Source of the DNA: a bacterium
GTDB lineage: Bacteria; Electryoneota; Electryoneia; Electryoneales; Electryoneaceae
Direction: 5' to 3'
Length of the DNA: 42,307 nt
Assembly (NCBI GenBank): GCA_043801585.1
Contig: JAZDLX010000171.1
Location: forward strand, 1-42,307
Each line of letters opens with the position of its first letter. Within the stretch, counting starts at the first letter, position 1. This document shows positions 1 to 8,236 of this stretch, one piece after another. The position numbers and the translations under genes are program-made. The notes beneath the pieces were generated by a model. That model was not told the DNA's origin. It saw only the letters and a program-made list of their open reading frames with translations, and did no database searches.

Positions 1-146
1 CTGCGAACCCGGCGGAGACGTTCGCCCTCGGCGAGACGTCCCCGAATGCCGCGACGGACTTTTTCGCTGAACAGACCCGCCATCATCAATCCCGCTTCCA
101 TCGCGGGAACGAACAACAGGTTGTATAATGCGCGCCAGACCATCAT
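1..146 (-). CDS. N-terminus (partial, runs off window) of a probable 3-deoxy-D-manno-octulosonic acid (Kdo) transferase, WaaA-like
   Basis: Manual translation from ATG 146: MMVWRALYNLLFVPAMEAGLMMAGLFSEKVRRGIRGRLAEGERLRRVR..., resembling WaaA N-termini. GAGGAG lies upstream, and the gene sits directly downstream of a GT9 heptosyltransferase. Not in the ORF track. Confidence 0.55.
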   Translation of the reverse strand, partial: MMVWRALYNLLFVPAMEAGLMMAGLFSEKVRRGIRGRLAEGERLRRVR

Positions 147-165
147 GGCCTGCTCATGCTCCTCG

Positions 166-1173
166 TCAACTGTTCAACCCTTTGAGGTCCAGCCCTTTCA
201 GTGCTCTCAGCACGTCGTCAGGTTGAATCTCTCGCATGCATCGATGATGCCCGAGTGGGCACCGTTCCGTTCCATGTGCCGAACACGGCCGACACCAGAG
301 GTTTCGCTGCAGCACCGTCGCCTTGGCACGGAACGGAAAGAAGCCAAACTCCTCCACTGTGGGACCGTAGATCGCCACCAGCGGTGTGGAAACTGCAACC
401 GCCATGTGCATCGGTCCCGTGTCGCCCGAAATAACAGCTTTTGACAGCGTAAGGATCGCGGCCATCTCAAGAAGAGTCGTCTCTCCGGTCAGGTCAAGAT
501 ACGAACCTCGTTCATCGAGGGCTTTTGCCAGCTCCGAAGGCGTCTCGCCCTTCATTCCAAGCACAATGAGATGAAGCCGGGGAGGAAACGATCTCACCAA
601 CTCCGCCCAGTACGATCCCGGCCAACATTTTGTCGCATGTTTTGCGCCAGGGATCAGCGCAACCGATCCTTTCAGCTCGTTGCCCCACCGTTGGCATACC
701 TCGGTCTTCATCTCCACCGGCACGTTCAACGCGAGTGAGCTACCGTCATCCATCACGCGCATCGGCGTCATCTGACGCAGCATCCGCAGGGGCACCGGAG
801 AAAATTTGCCCATCGGGAGTTTCGTGACGATTCGAAGGGTGCGCCGAAATCGCGGAGGAGTATCAATGGCCGAACGGACCGGTTTCAACCTGCGGAGCAG
901 TTTATAACTTCGTGCAGATCCCTGGAGATCCACAACCAGATCCCAGGGTCCTTCCCACGCGATCCTGATCACGTCCTGAGCGAATTTCGGTCCGCGGCGT
1001 TCGATCACCGCTACACGATCCACACCCGGCAAGGCCGCCGCGATATCGCTGTAAACCCGGGTCGTGATATACGTCAATTCCGCCTCAGGAAAGGCGTTGC
1101 GCAACCCACGAACCGCTGGCCCGGTGCAGAGAATGTCGCCCAGAGAACTGAATCGTATGATTGCAATACGCAC
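166..1173 (-). CDS. Glycosyltransferase family 9 (LPS heptosyltransferase, RfaF/WaaF-like)
   Basis: IIRFSSLGDI N-terminus, DLQG, PGAKHATKCW, DTGPMHMAVA, and C-terminal CRPCS...CPLGHHRCM motifs. Confidence 0.9.
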   Translation of the reverse strand: MRIAIIRFSSLGDILCTGPAVRGLRNAFPEAELTYITTRVYSDIAAALPGVDRVAVIERRGPKFAQDVIRIAWEGPWDLVVDLQGSARSYKLLRRLKPVRSAIDTPPRFRRTLRIVTKLPMGKFSPVPLRMLRQMTPMRVMDDGSSLALNVPVEMKTEVCQRWGNELKGSVALIPGAKHATKCWPGSYWAELVRSFPPRLHLIVLGMKGETPSELAKALDERGSYLDLTGETTLLEMAAILTLSKAVISGDTGPMHMAVAVSTPLVAIYGPTVEEFGFFPFRAKATVLQRNLWCRPCSAHGTERCPLGHHRCMREIQPDDVLRALKGLDLKGLNS

Positions 1174-1339
1174 TGGACGGTCCTTGCATCTGAATAGTCG
1201 GAGGGAAGATGGGCGACTTATGGCATTATTGCAAGCTCGCCACGCCCGGTTTCACTCGCACCGTGCACCGTAACCCTTGCTTCCGACTTTTCACTTCGCC
1301 AAGTTTCTCCCCATACCGGAGCCGAACCGGAGAGTTCTT

Positions 1340-2308
1340 ATGCTGACCCGTCTGGCATCTCTGTTCTGGAATTCTGAAGAACGGAGGCTGCGCGCGTTGT
1401 GGCGCATAGCGGTACTACTGACACTATGGTACAACGTTCAACTTGTCGTTTCCCTGCTGCCGGTCCGAACACATTTCTACGTCGTTGTCATTTCGCTGAT
1501 CATCCTGCTCGGAGCTTCCGCGCTTCTGACCGACCGCCGTTCTCCGCGCGATTACGGCCTTCGATTTGACCGGAACACGCTGCCCGATCTCTTCTTTGGA
1601 CTATTGTGGGGTGGCATTCTTGTCAGCGGTATCGTCACTGTCGAATCGTACCTCGGCTGGATCACCTTTGTGTCCGGCGCATGGACCCGTTTTCCCAGCG
1701 GTGATATCCCCTGCGCACTGATATCCGTAACACTTTTCTACATCGGCATCAGCCTCAACGAAGAAGCTGTATTTCGCGGATACCTGCTCCCCAACCTCGC
1801 TGAAGGGTTGTCCTTCACGGGGAAACCACTTCTTCAGGCGGGTTTTGCGACGATTGTGTCCGGCGCTCTGTTCGGGTTGATTCATTTCGACAATCCATTC
1901 GCAAACATCCTCAGTGGCGTCAACCTGATTTTGTATGGATTCCTGCTCGCTGTCCCATTCCTGCTCACCGGTAGCCTGGCGATCACGGTCGGCCTCCATT
2001 TCACCTGGAATCTGTTCATTGGGGTGATCTACGGTTTGCCGGTCAGCGGATATCCGCCCCTTGTTGCACTCATGCGTGCAGTTCAACTCGGTCCGGAGCG
2101 TTGGACAGGTGGAGAGTTCGGTCCCGAGGGAGGTTTGCTGGTGACACTCGCCCTGATTTTCGAATTGGCGGGATTTCTTGTATGGGTTCGCGCGACGAGG
2201 GGCCGAATCGCTCTCGCGGAAGGATTCGGAGCGTACCAGCCGTTTCGGGTTTTCTCGCTAACACCCGGAGAAATCCGGCAGGAACGTGCGGCATTTCATG
2301 ACGAATAG
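1340..2308 (+). CDS. CPBP family (type II CAAX/Abi) intramembrane glutamic endopeptidase
   Basis: EEAVFRGY, FGLIH, HFTWN and GGEFGPEGG motifs; multiple TM segments; start taken at ATG 1340 after GGAG. Confidence 0.88.
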   Translation: MLTRLASLFWNSEERRLRALWRIAVLLTLWYNVQLVVSLLPVRTHFYVVVISLIILLGASALLTDRRSPRDYGLRFDRNTLPDLFFGLLWGGILVSGIVTVESYLGWITFVSGAWTRFPSGDIPCALISVTLFYIGISLNEEAVFRGYLLPNLAEGLSFTGKPLLQAGFATIVSGALFGLIHFDNPFANILSGVNLILYGFLLAVPFLLTGSLAITVGLHFTWNLFIGVIYGLPVSGYPPLVALMRAVQLGPERWTGGEFGPEGGLLVTLALIFELAGFLVWVRATRGRIALAEGFGAYQPFRVFSLTPGEIRQERAAFHDE

Positions 2309-2377
2309 TACCGTTTCAGAACCTACTGGCTCGTTTTATCTCCCGGACCGCTGAAGCAGAGAATGTTATCTTTTTCA

Positions 2378-2462
2378 CAGAAAAATGTACCAGGTACATT
2401 TATTTTACGTCACAATAACCTCATAAACACTGGTTTTAAAATGTACCTGGTACATTTTTCTG
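2378..2462. repeat. REP-doublet-like element: perfect 24-bp inverted repeat with self-palindromic arms (AAATGTACCWGGTACATTT)
   Basis: CAGAAAAATGTACCAGGTACATTT (2378-2401) and its exact reverse complement (2439-2462), 37-bp spacer, between convergent genes; second copy at 16427-16509. Confidence 0.85.
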
Positions 2463-2473
2463 GAAACAATCCA

Positions 2474-3508
2474 CTAGTCAGATGAAACCAGTTTCCTAAA
2501 TTGGGGGTCTTCATTGACCACCAGTCCGGTGTCTGACATCGAGACCACCATCGCCGGCATTCCGATACGATCCGCCATCAGTATGCCCCATTCAGGCCCC
2601 ATGACGAAAAGCGCCGTGGCGAAGGCATCCGCATCCATGCAAGTGCCCCCAACGGCTGTCGTGCTGATCGAGGCGCGAGCAGGATACCCTGTGGCGGGAT
2701 CGATGATGTGGTGATAGCGTACGCCGTCCACCTCGAAATACCGTTCGTAATCCCCCGAAGTCGCCACCGACATCGGCTTCTTCAATTCGAGCACGGTGAG
2801 AAATTCGGACGGATTCCTCGGGTGACGGACGGCGATCCTCCAGGGCTTGCCGTCGGGCTTGCGTCCGAACACACGCAGGTCTCCACCCGCCCACACCATC
2901 CCGGCTTTCATCCCCTGTTCCTGCAACACCTCAACGGCACGGTCCACCGCGTATCCCTTGGCGATTCCTCCCAGTTCGATGGCGGCACCGCGCGGCTTCA
3001 GCCAGACTTCTCCGTGATTGGTACGGGTCATCACCGTATGGTGCACAATCTGCGAAAGGGTGTCGATCTCGCCCGGCCGTGGGATTCGCGGCTGCCCGAA
3101 AGCGATCCCCCAGGCCTTGACGAGTGGACCGATGGCGGGAGTAAACGCCTCATCGCTGATCTCTGAAATCTCAAAAGCGTGATCGATCAACCCGTAGAGT
3201 TCATCTGAGACCGAATCCGGCGAACCGGCGGCGGAGGAATCGTTCAACGAGGCAAGCTCGCCGGACCATGCCATTACTTCGACGCGGTGCATTTCGGTAA
3301 AGGCGGAATCCGCCGCCGCTTTCCAACGTTTGCCCGACCACCTCCCGGGACCGTCGTGGATCGTTATCGCCACCTCGGTGCCCATCATCGATCGGCCCCA
3401 GGTCCGGGGGCGCGGTGCGCAACCAGAGGTCAGGAGCAGGATCAACAGGGCGGTAATCACACGTGCGGCGTGCAGGGTTCGCGTCATGACCGGCTTTCGA
3501 TAATTCAT
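2474..3508 (-). CDS. apbE: FAD:protein FMN transferase (ApbE family) lipoprotein
   Basis: MMGT, LGGIAKGYAVD, AGGD, ATSGDYERYF, HHIIDPATG, ADAFATA motifs; lipobox LTSGC. Confidence 0.93.
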   Translation of the reverse strand: MNYRKPVMTRTLHAARVITALLILLLTSGCAPRPRTWGRSMMGTEVAITIHDGPGRWSGKRWKAAADSAFTEMHRVEVMAWSGELASLNDSSAAGSPDSVSDELYGLIDHAFEISEISDEAFTPAIGPLVKAWGIAFGQPRIPRPGEIDTLSQIVHHTVMTRTNHGEVWLKPRGAAIELGGIAKGYAVDRAVEVLQEQGMKAGMVWAGGDLRVFGRKPDGKPWRIAVRHPRNPSEFLTVLELKKPMSVATSGDYERYFEVDGVRYHHIIDPATGYPARASISTTAVGGTCMDADAFATALFVMGPEWGILMADRIGMPAMVVSMSDTGLVVNEDPQFRKLVSSD

Positions 3509-4539
3509 TTGTTGCGGGTGGCTGCGTACCGGGCAAAGCGGCGCAGATGATGGACGTACTCGTTCTGGCCGGGCAGGTCATCGAGCGACTTCTCCGCCTT
3601 CCCGGAGTACTCGAGGGCGATGTCACGGGAATATTCAATCCCCTGTTTTTCCCGAATCAGCGAAATCACATCGTCCACGTTCGGTTTCTTCCCACGCTTC
3701 CACGCCCGTTTCGCCCGGCGCAGCTGTCGAAGCACTTCTTTTTTCTCGTTTTCCGACACCTGCTCCAGGGCGTGAATCAGCGGCATCGTCATCTTTGCCT
3801 GGGAAAGATCGATTCCGACCGGTTTGCCGATTTCGTTGCTGCCGTCGCCAAGGTCGAGCAGGTCATCACGAATCTGAAAGGCAATTCCCACCATTTCGCC
3901 GAAAACGCCGAGGGGACGGACGTACTCGCTGGACATCCCGAGCGAGAGCGGACCCATCTGGCAAGCGGCGGAGATCAGCGATGCGGTCTTGTCGGAGACC
4001 ATCTGCAGATACTGGTTCTTGTCCAGGTTCAATTTGCGTGCACCGATCGCTTCCATCAGCTCGCCCTTCGCGAGACGGATGGAACAGTCACTGAACAGAT
4101 CGAGAACCTCGAGACTGCGCTGTGCGAGCATCCCCTGCAGGGATTTCGAGAGGAGATAATCACCGAAGAGCACCGCTACCTTGTTATTGAAAACGAGGTT
4201 GAGGGTGGGACGGCCGCGGCGCTCGGTGGCACGGTCCACGACATCGTCATGAACGAGGGTAGCCGTGTGGAGCACCTCGACAACAAGAGCAGCGATTAGC
4301 GTTTTCTCCGGAAGTTCCCCCTGAGCGCCGGAGGCACGTGCGGCGAGCAGCGTCAGGGTCGGACGCAACCCCTTTCCCCGGGATTTCACCAGGTACGCCG
4401 AAACCTTGTCGATCATCCAGACACCGCTGCGGAGCATTTTCGCATACTGGCGATAAAAGGCCTTGAGATCATCGGCCACCGGCGCGGTGATCTCCTTCGC
4501 TTTCATCGGGCGGATGGATGTCGCGGTTTCACGACTCAC
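3505..4539 (-). CDS. Polyprenyl diphosphate synthase (IspB/HepT-like)
   Basis: GKGLRP, LHTATLVHDDVVD...RRG, KTASL and FQIRDDLLD motifs. Probable GTG start at 4539 overlaps the smpB stop (GTGA) with GGAGG upstream; alternative ATG at 4506. Confidence 0.92.
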   Translation of the reverse strand: MSRETATSIRPMKAKEITAPVADDLKAFYRQYAKMLRSGVWMIDKVSAYLVKSRGKGLRPTLTLLAARASGAQGELPEKTLIAALVVEVLHTATLVHDDVVDRATERRGRPTLNLVFNNKVAVLFGDYLLSKSLQGMLAQRSLEVLDLFSDCSIRLAKGELMEAIGARKLNLDKNQYLQMVSDKTASLISAACQMGPLSLGMSSEYVRPLGVFGEMVGIAFQIRDDLLDLGDGSNEIGKPVGIDLSQAKMTMPLIHALEQVSENEKKEVLRQLRRAKRAWKRGKKPNVDDVISLIREKQGIEYSRDIALEYSGKAEKSLDDLPGQNEYVHHLRRFARYAATRNK

Positions 4540-4991
4540 CGGTTCGCCTCCTTTTTCGCGCGGGCAAGATCTCGTTTCGCCTCGCGATCGGCGATGGTCT
4601 TCCGTTTGTCGTATTCCCGTTTTCCCTTCGCCAGTGCGATCTGCACCTTGGCGTACCCACGTTCGCTGAAATAAACCTTGAGCGGAATGACTGTAAAACT
4701 TTTCTCGAACGCTTTCCGCGCCCACTTTTTCAATTCACGCCGGTGCATCAGCAGGCGGCGGGGACGGATGGGATGCTGGTCGGTGTACCCCGCGTCCTTG
4801 TAGAGCGATACCTGCATCCCGATCAGCTCAGGTTGCCCGCTCTCGAAACTGACATGGGCGTCACGGAGCGTAACACGGCCCTCCCGGACGGATTTCACCT
4901 CCGGCCCGGACAGGACAATGCCCGCCTCGAGTGTCTCCACAATCTCATAGTCGTGGAAGGCCTTTTTGTTCCTGATCTCAGGGGTGCCCAT
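4536..4991 (-). CDS. smpB: SsrA-binding protein SmpB
   Basis: NKKAFHDYEI, EAGIVLSGPEVKSVR, RRLLMHRRE, LAKGKREYDKR; start ATG 4991 chosen (ORF extends to 5015). Confidence 0.97.
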   Translation of the reverse strand: MGTPEIRNKKAFHDYEIVETLEAGIVLSGPEVKSVREGRVTLRDAHVSFESGQPELIGMQVSLYKDAGYTDQHPIRPRRLLMHRRELKKWARKAFEKSFTVIPLKVYFSERGYAKVQIALAKGKREYDKRKTIADREAKRDLARAKKEANR

Positions 4992-5221
4992 CGTCCGTCC
5001 GTTCGTCACCATCACAACAACAATTGAAACAGGATATACAGAATGCTACAGGATAAACAAGATAAACCGATTCACGGTTCTCGATGAAGAGTTCATTCAG
5101 AGGGCTCACCTTCGAAGGCGTGCGCTGGCCTCCATGCCCGCCACCGCCTGATTCTGGCAGTGATGGACTACCTGCTGCATCCAGCACAATGAAACCTGTC
5201 GGACAAATCAACAGGACCAGG

Positions 5222-5256
5222 AAAAACGCCCAAAGGCCATCGACCCTCGGGCGTTT
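5222..5256 (-). terminator. Intrinsic terminator downstream of the aldehyde dehydrogenase gene
   Basis: Minus strand AAACGCCCGAGGG-tcgatgg-CCTTTGGGCG followed by a T run. Confidence 0.7.
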
Positions 5257-5313
5257 GTTATCTGTTTTTATCGCGCACATGGCATTGTGCGATTCCTGGC
5301 GGCAACGACACCG

Positions 5314-6849
5314 CTACTCGCCGAATTTAATGCCCTGTGCGAGCGGCAGGTCGTGGCTGTAGTTGACTGTGTTCGTCTGGCGGCGCATGTACGCCTTCCA
5401 CGCGTCCGACCCGGACTCACGGCCACCGCCGGTTTCCTTCTCGCCACCGAACGCTCCGCCGATTTCCGCGCCACTTGTGCCAACGTTGACATTCGCGATG
5501 CCACAATCGCTGCCCAACGGCGAAATAAAGGTTTCCGCCTCGATCAGGTCGTTGGTAAAAACACTCGACGAAAGTCCCTGGGGCACATTGTTATGCAGTG
5601 CGAGCGCCTCTTTCTCAAAATCGCTGTACTCGATCATGTAGAGGATCGGCGCAAAGGTCTCCTGCTGCACGATCTCCCAATCGTTCTTCGCTTCAACGAT
5701 GGTCGGCTCGACCCAGTACCCCTTGGACATCAGGCCGGTCATCTTCGGCTGGCCGCCGCCGTACAACACCTCGCCGCCCGCCACTTTGACCTTTTCAAGT
5801 GCGATCTTCATATCTTCGAGCGCCGCTTCATTGACCAGCGGACCCATCAGGATTCCCTTCTTGAGCGGGTCGCCGATGGTCACCTGTTTGTATGCCTTGG
5901 TCAGCCGCTTGAGAAACTCCTCTTTGATGTCCTTGTGGATGATCACCCGGCGCGTCGAGGTGCAGCGCTGCCCGCTGGTGCCGACGGCGCCAAAAAGGAC
6001 GGTACGAACCGCCATCTTCAGGTCCGCGGAGGGAGTTACGATCACGGCGTTGTTGCCGCCAAGCTCAAGGATCGTGTGGCCAAGACGTTTGGCAACGACT
6101 TCACTGACACGCTTCCCCATCGCCGTCGAACCGGTAAACGAAACGAGGGGAATACGTGAATCGCTGATCAGGCGTTCACCGATCATGCGACCACGTCCGA
6201 TCACGAGATTGAAGATGCCTTCATATCCATGCGCCCGCTGCACTTCATTGGCGATGTGCTGCACCGCAACCGCCGTCAGCGGCGTTTCGCTGGAGGGCTT
6301 CCAGATCACGGGATCACCACAAATCGCCGCAAGAGTGGTGTTCCACGCCCAGACCGCCACAGGGAAATTGAACGCGGTGATGATCCCAACCGGTCCCACG
6401 GGGTGCCACTGCTCCATCATCCGGTGACGGATCCGCTCGGATTGAATGGTATATCCGTAAAGCTGGCGGCTCTGACCGACGGCAAAGTCGCAGATGTCGA
6501 TCATTTCCTGAACTTCACCGAGACCCTCGGGCAGGATCTTGCCCATTTCGAGGCTGACAAGACGCCCCAGCGCCTCTTTCTTCTCACGCAGGGCATCTCC
6601 AAGGTCACGAATCATCTGGCCACGGACCGGGGCGGGTACCATGCGGTATTCACGGAATGCTTCAGTGGCCTTTTTCATCACCGTTTCATAGTCGTGCTCG
6701 TTAGCCTGCATAACGCTGGCAATCGGCTTGCCTGTCGTCGGGTTGATGCTGACCAGCTCTTCACGACCCTTTATTCCGATCCAGCCTTTGGCACTCCAAC
6801 TCGCGCCGGAATTCACCGGTTGAATACCCAGCTGCTCGAGGAATTTCAT
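5314..6849 (-). CDS. Aldehyde dehydrogenase, ALDH7/antiquitin type (piperideine-6-carboxylate / alpha-aminoadipate semialdehyde dehydrogenase-like)
   Basis: GEVQEMIDICDFAVGQSRQL, TAFNFPVAVW, FTGS, LELGGNN, GQRCT, GAEIGGAFGGEKETGGGRESGSD; start ATG 6849 (MKFLEQLG). Confidence 0.93.
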   Translation of the reverse strand: MKFLEQLGIQPVNSGASWSAKGWIGIKGREELVSINPTTGKPIASVMQANEHDYETVMKKATEAFREYRMVPAPVRGQMIRDLGDALREKKEALGRLVSLEMGKILPEGLGEVQEMIDICDFAVGQSRQLYGYTIQSERIRHRMMEQWHPVGPVGIITAFNFPVAVWAWNTTLAAICGDPVIWKPSSETPLTAVAVQHIANEVQRAHGYEGIFNLVIGRGRMIGERLISDSRIPLVSFTGSTAMGKRVSEVVAKRLGHTILELGGNNAVIVTPSADLKMAVRTVLFGAVGTSGQRCTSTRRVIIHKDIKEEFLKRLTKAYKQVTIGDPLKKGILMGPLVNEAALEDMKIALEKVKVAGGEVLYGGGQPKMTGLMSKGYWVEPTIVEAKNDWEIVQQETFAPILYMIEYSDFEKEALALHNNVPQGLSSSVFTNDLIEAETFISPLGSDCGIANVNVGTSGAEIGGAFGGEKETGGGRESGSDAWKAYMRRQTNTVNYSHDLPLAQGIKFGE

Positions 6850-7000
6850 GAGTGTCCACCTTTTAATGGCATCAAATGTCCTGAATATGCGTTTTCCGTT
6901 GGTGCGATTAATGTGGAAGGACGCTATCTGCCGGGTAACGATCCCGAAGGCACGTCTATCCCTTGCGCTTACGGAAATTGCACCGATTTTTCGTGAGGGG

Positions 7001-7029
7001 AACGTAGGGTCAGCGAAGCGGCGTGTCAA
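7001..7029 (-). promoter_or_regulatory. Sigma70-type promoter for the ALDH gene
   Basis: Minus strand TTGACA-N17-TACGTT; implies a roughly 145-nt 5' UTR. Confidence 0.6.
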
Positions 7030-7136
7030 GCGACCCTGAGAGGGTGGAGACGTGTCGGAGCCGAAGCGGATAACCGCGTCTGCGATTCATGATTGGACTG
7101 TGCGAACGACAGACCAACATCAGGGAAATGTGGCGT

Positions 7137-7220
7137 TTACCGTCTGCGCCGGGTCCCCAGCCAAGCCCACGCACCAAATACCATTGCGGCCAGACCGGCA
7201 ATAACGAGGATTACATGCAT
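7137..7220 (-). CDS. Putative 27-aa single-pass membrane microprotein MHVILVIAGLAAMVFGAWAWLGTRRRR
   Basis: Manual translation ATG 7220 to TAA 7137; uninterrupted hydrophobic stretch followed by four Arg; weak GGGG RBS; below the ORF-track cutoff. Confidence 0.55.
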   Translation of the reverse strand: MHVILVIAGLAAMVFGAWAWLGTRRRR

Positions 7221-7616
7221 TGGGCTACCCCATGAGTCATTTCCACTCTCTTGAGCGGTCGTTAAACAGACATATGTGGTCTCGTTTCAGGGGGTATGGC
7301 GATTGGGGATCACCCCACTCCGAACCACAGTAAAACGTAGCATTAGGAAACGCAAATAGCAAGAATTGAAGGTATGATCTCCTGACGTATAACGGACCTG
7401 GAGCACAAATCTCAACGGTATTCGGTCCGGAGAACTGGGAGATGCACCCGTTTGCCGGGCGACGCTGCGATATAGGTGTGAAAAGGGGAAGGAACCGTGT
7501 AAATGCCATTTCCGGGAACAGCGAAGGAGCAGCTTTTAGCCGTCCCTTTGGTTGGTGTAAACGTCGAAACTGTCAGGTCATTTCCATTACCGGCTTCAGC
7601 AAATCGGGTCAGACGC

Positions 7617-7940
7617 TTATTCCTTCCCTTTCGCTTCAGCCTTTTTCGGCTCAGAGGCCTTGGAATCCTTTGCGGCATTGTCCGGTTTTGGCGCAGTGCC
7701 GTTGCCATTCGAGTCGTGGCCATTGATTCCGTTGCTCGCGGCGGTGCCATGGCCGTGCTTGTAATCGGTAATGTAGAACCCGGAACCCTTGAACACGAGT
7801 CCGGCGCCGGCACCAATCATCCGTTTTGCGGTGGCGCCGCATTTTTCGCATTTCTTGCGACCTGTATCACTCATCGAGTGAAAGAGGTCAAATTCATGGC
7901 CACACTTCGGGCAGCGGTACGTATAGGTCGGCATCGTCAT
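7617..7940 (-). CDS. FmdB family zinc-ribbon protein
   Basis: MPTYTYRCPKCGHEF...CEKCG...FKGSGFYITDY; AAGGAG RBS. Confidence 0.9.
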   Translation of the reverse strand: MTMPTYTYRCPKCGHEFDLFHSMSDTGRKKCEKCGATAKRMIGAGAGLVFKGSGFYITDYKHGHGTAASNGINGHDSNGNGTAPKPDNAAKDSKASEPKKAEAKGKE

Positions 7941-8236
7941 CTCCTTCTTCCACGGCTGCAGTACCCGCCCCCGTGTGCAACCACTTGAAGCAACTCGTAT
8001 GCCGGAACCGGTTCACCGGTTTCAACTGTGAACAGATAAGCTATTTTTAAAAATCATAATAGTTTAAACAAAATCATCTCGGTTTCCGTCGATAATTCAA
8101 GAGGGCAAAATACAGTCGATCTGCCATCTTGACAGCGTCTTCTGCGTATCAGGCAGAATGCGCTTTCCAGTGGGGCAAAAGTTAGGGCGGGGACCGTTCA
8201 TACGCAACGTACGATGAGTGATTCCAGGAGACGCAT

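Noticed and set aside
4540..4725. N-terminal extension of the polyprenyl synthetase ORF
   Set aside because: Overlaps smpB in another frame; the real start is more likely 4539 or 4506
2474..5015. smpB-polyprenyl synthetase-apbE as a dedicated flavinylation or electron-transfer system
   Set aside because: No FMN-binding substrate gene or redox partner in the window; looks like a mixed housekeeping operon. No tmRNA gene was seen nearby either.
4978..5280. 100-aa minus-strand ORF between ALDH and smpB
   Set aside because: Runs through the ALDH terminator hairpin and has no recognisable motif or clear RBS
5287..6996. Long antisense ORFs over ALDH (and similarly over mltF, hom, typA and the transglutaminase gene)
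   Set aside because: Typical shadow ORFs of GC-rich coding sequence; the opposite strand carries clear family motifs
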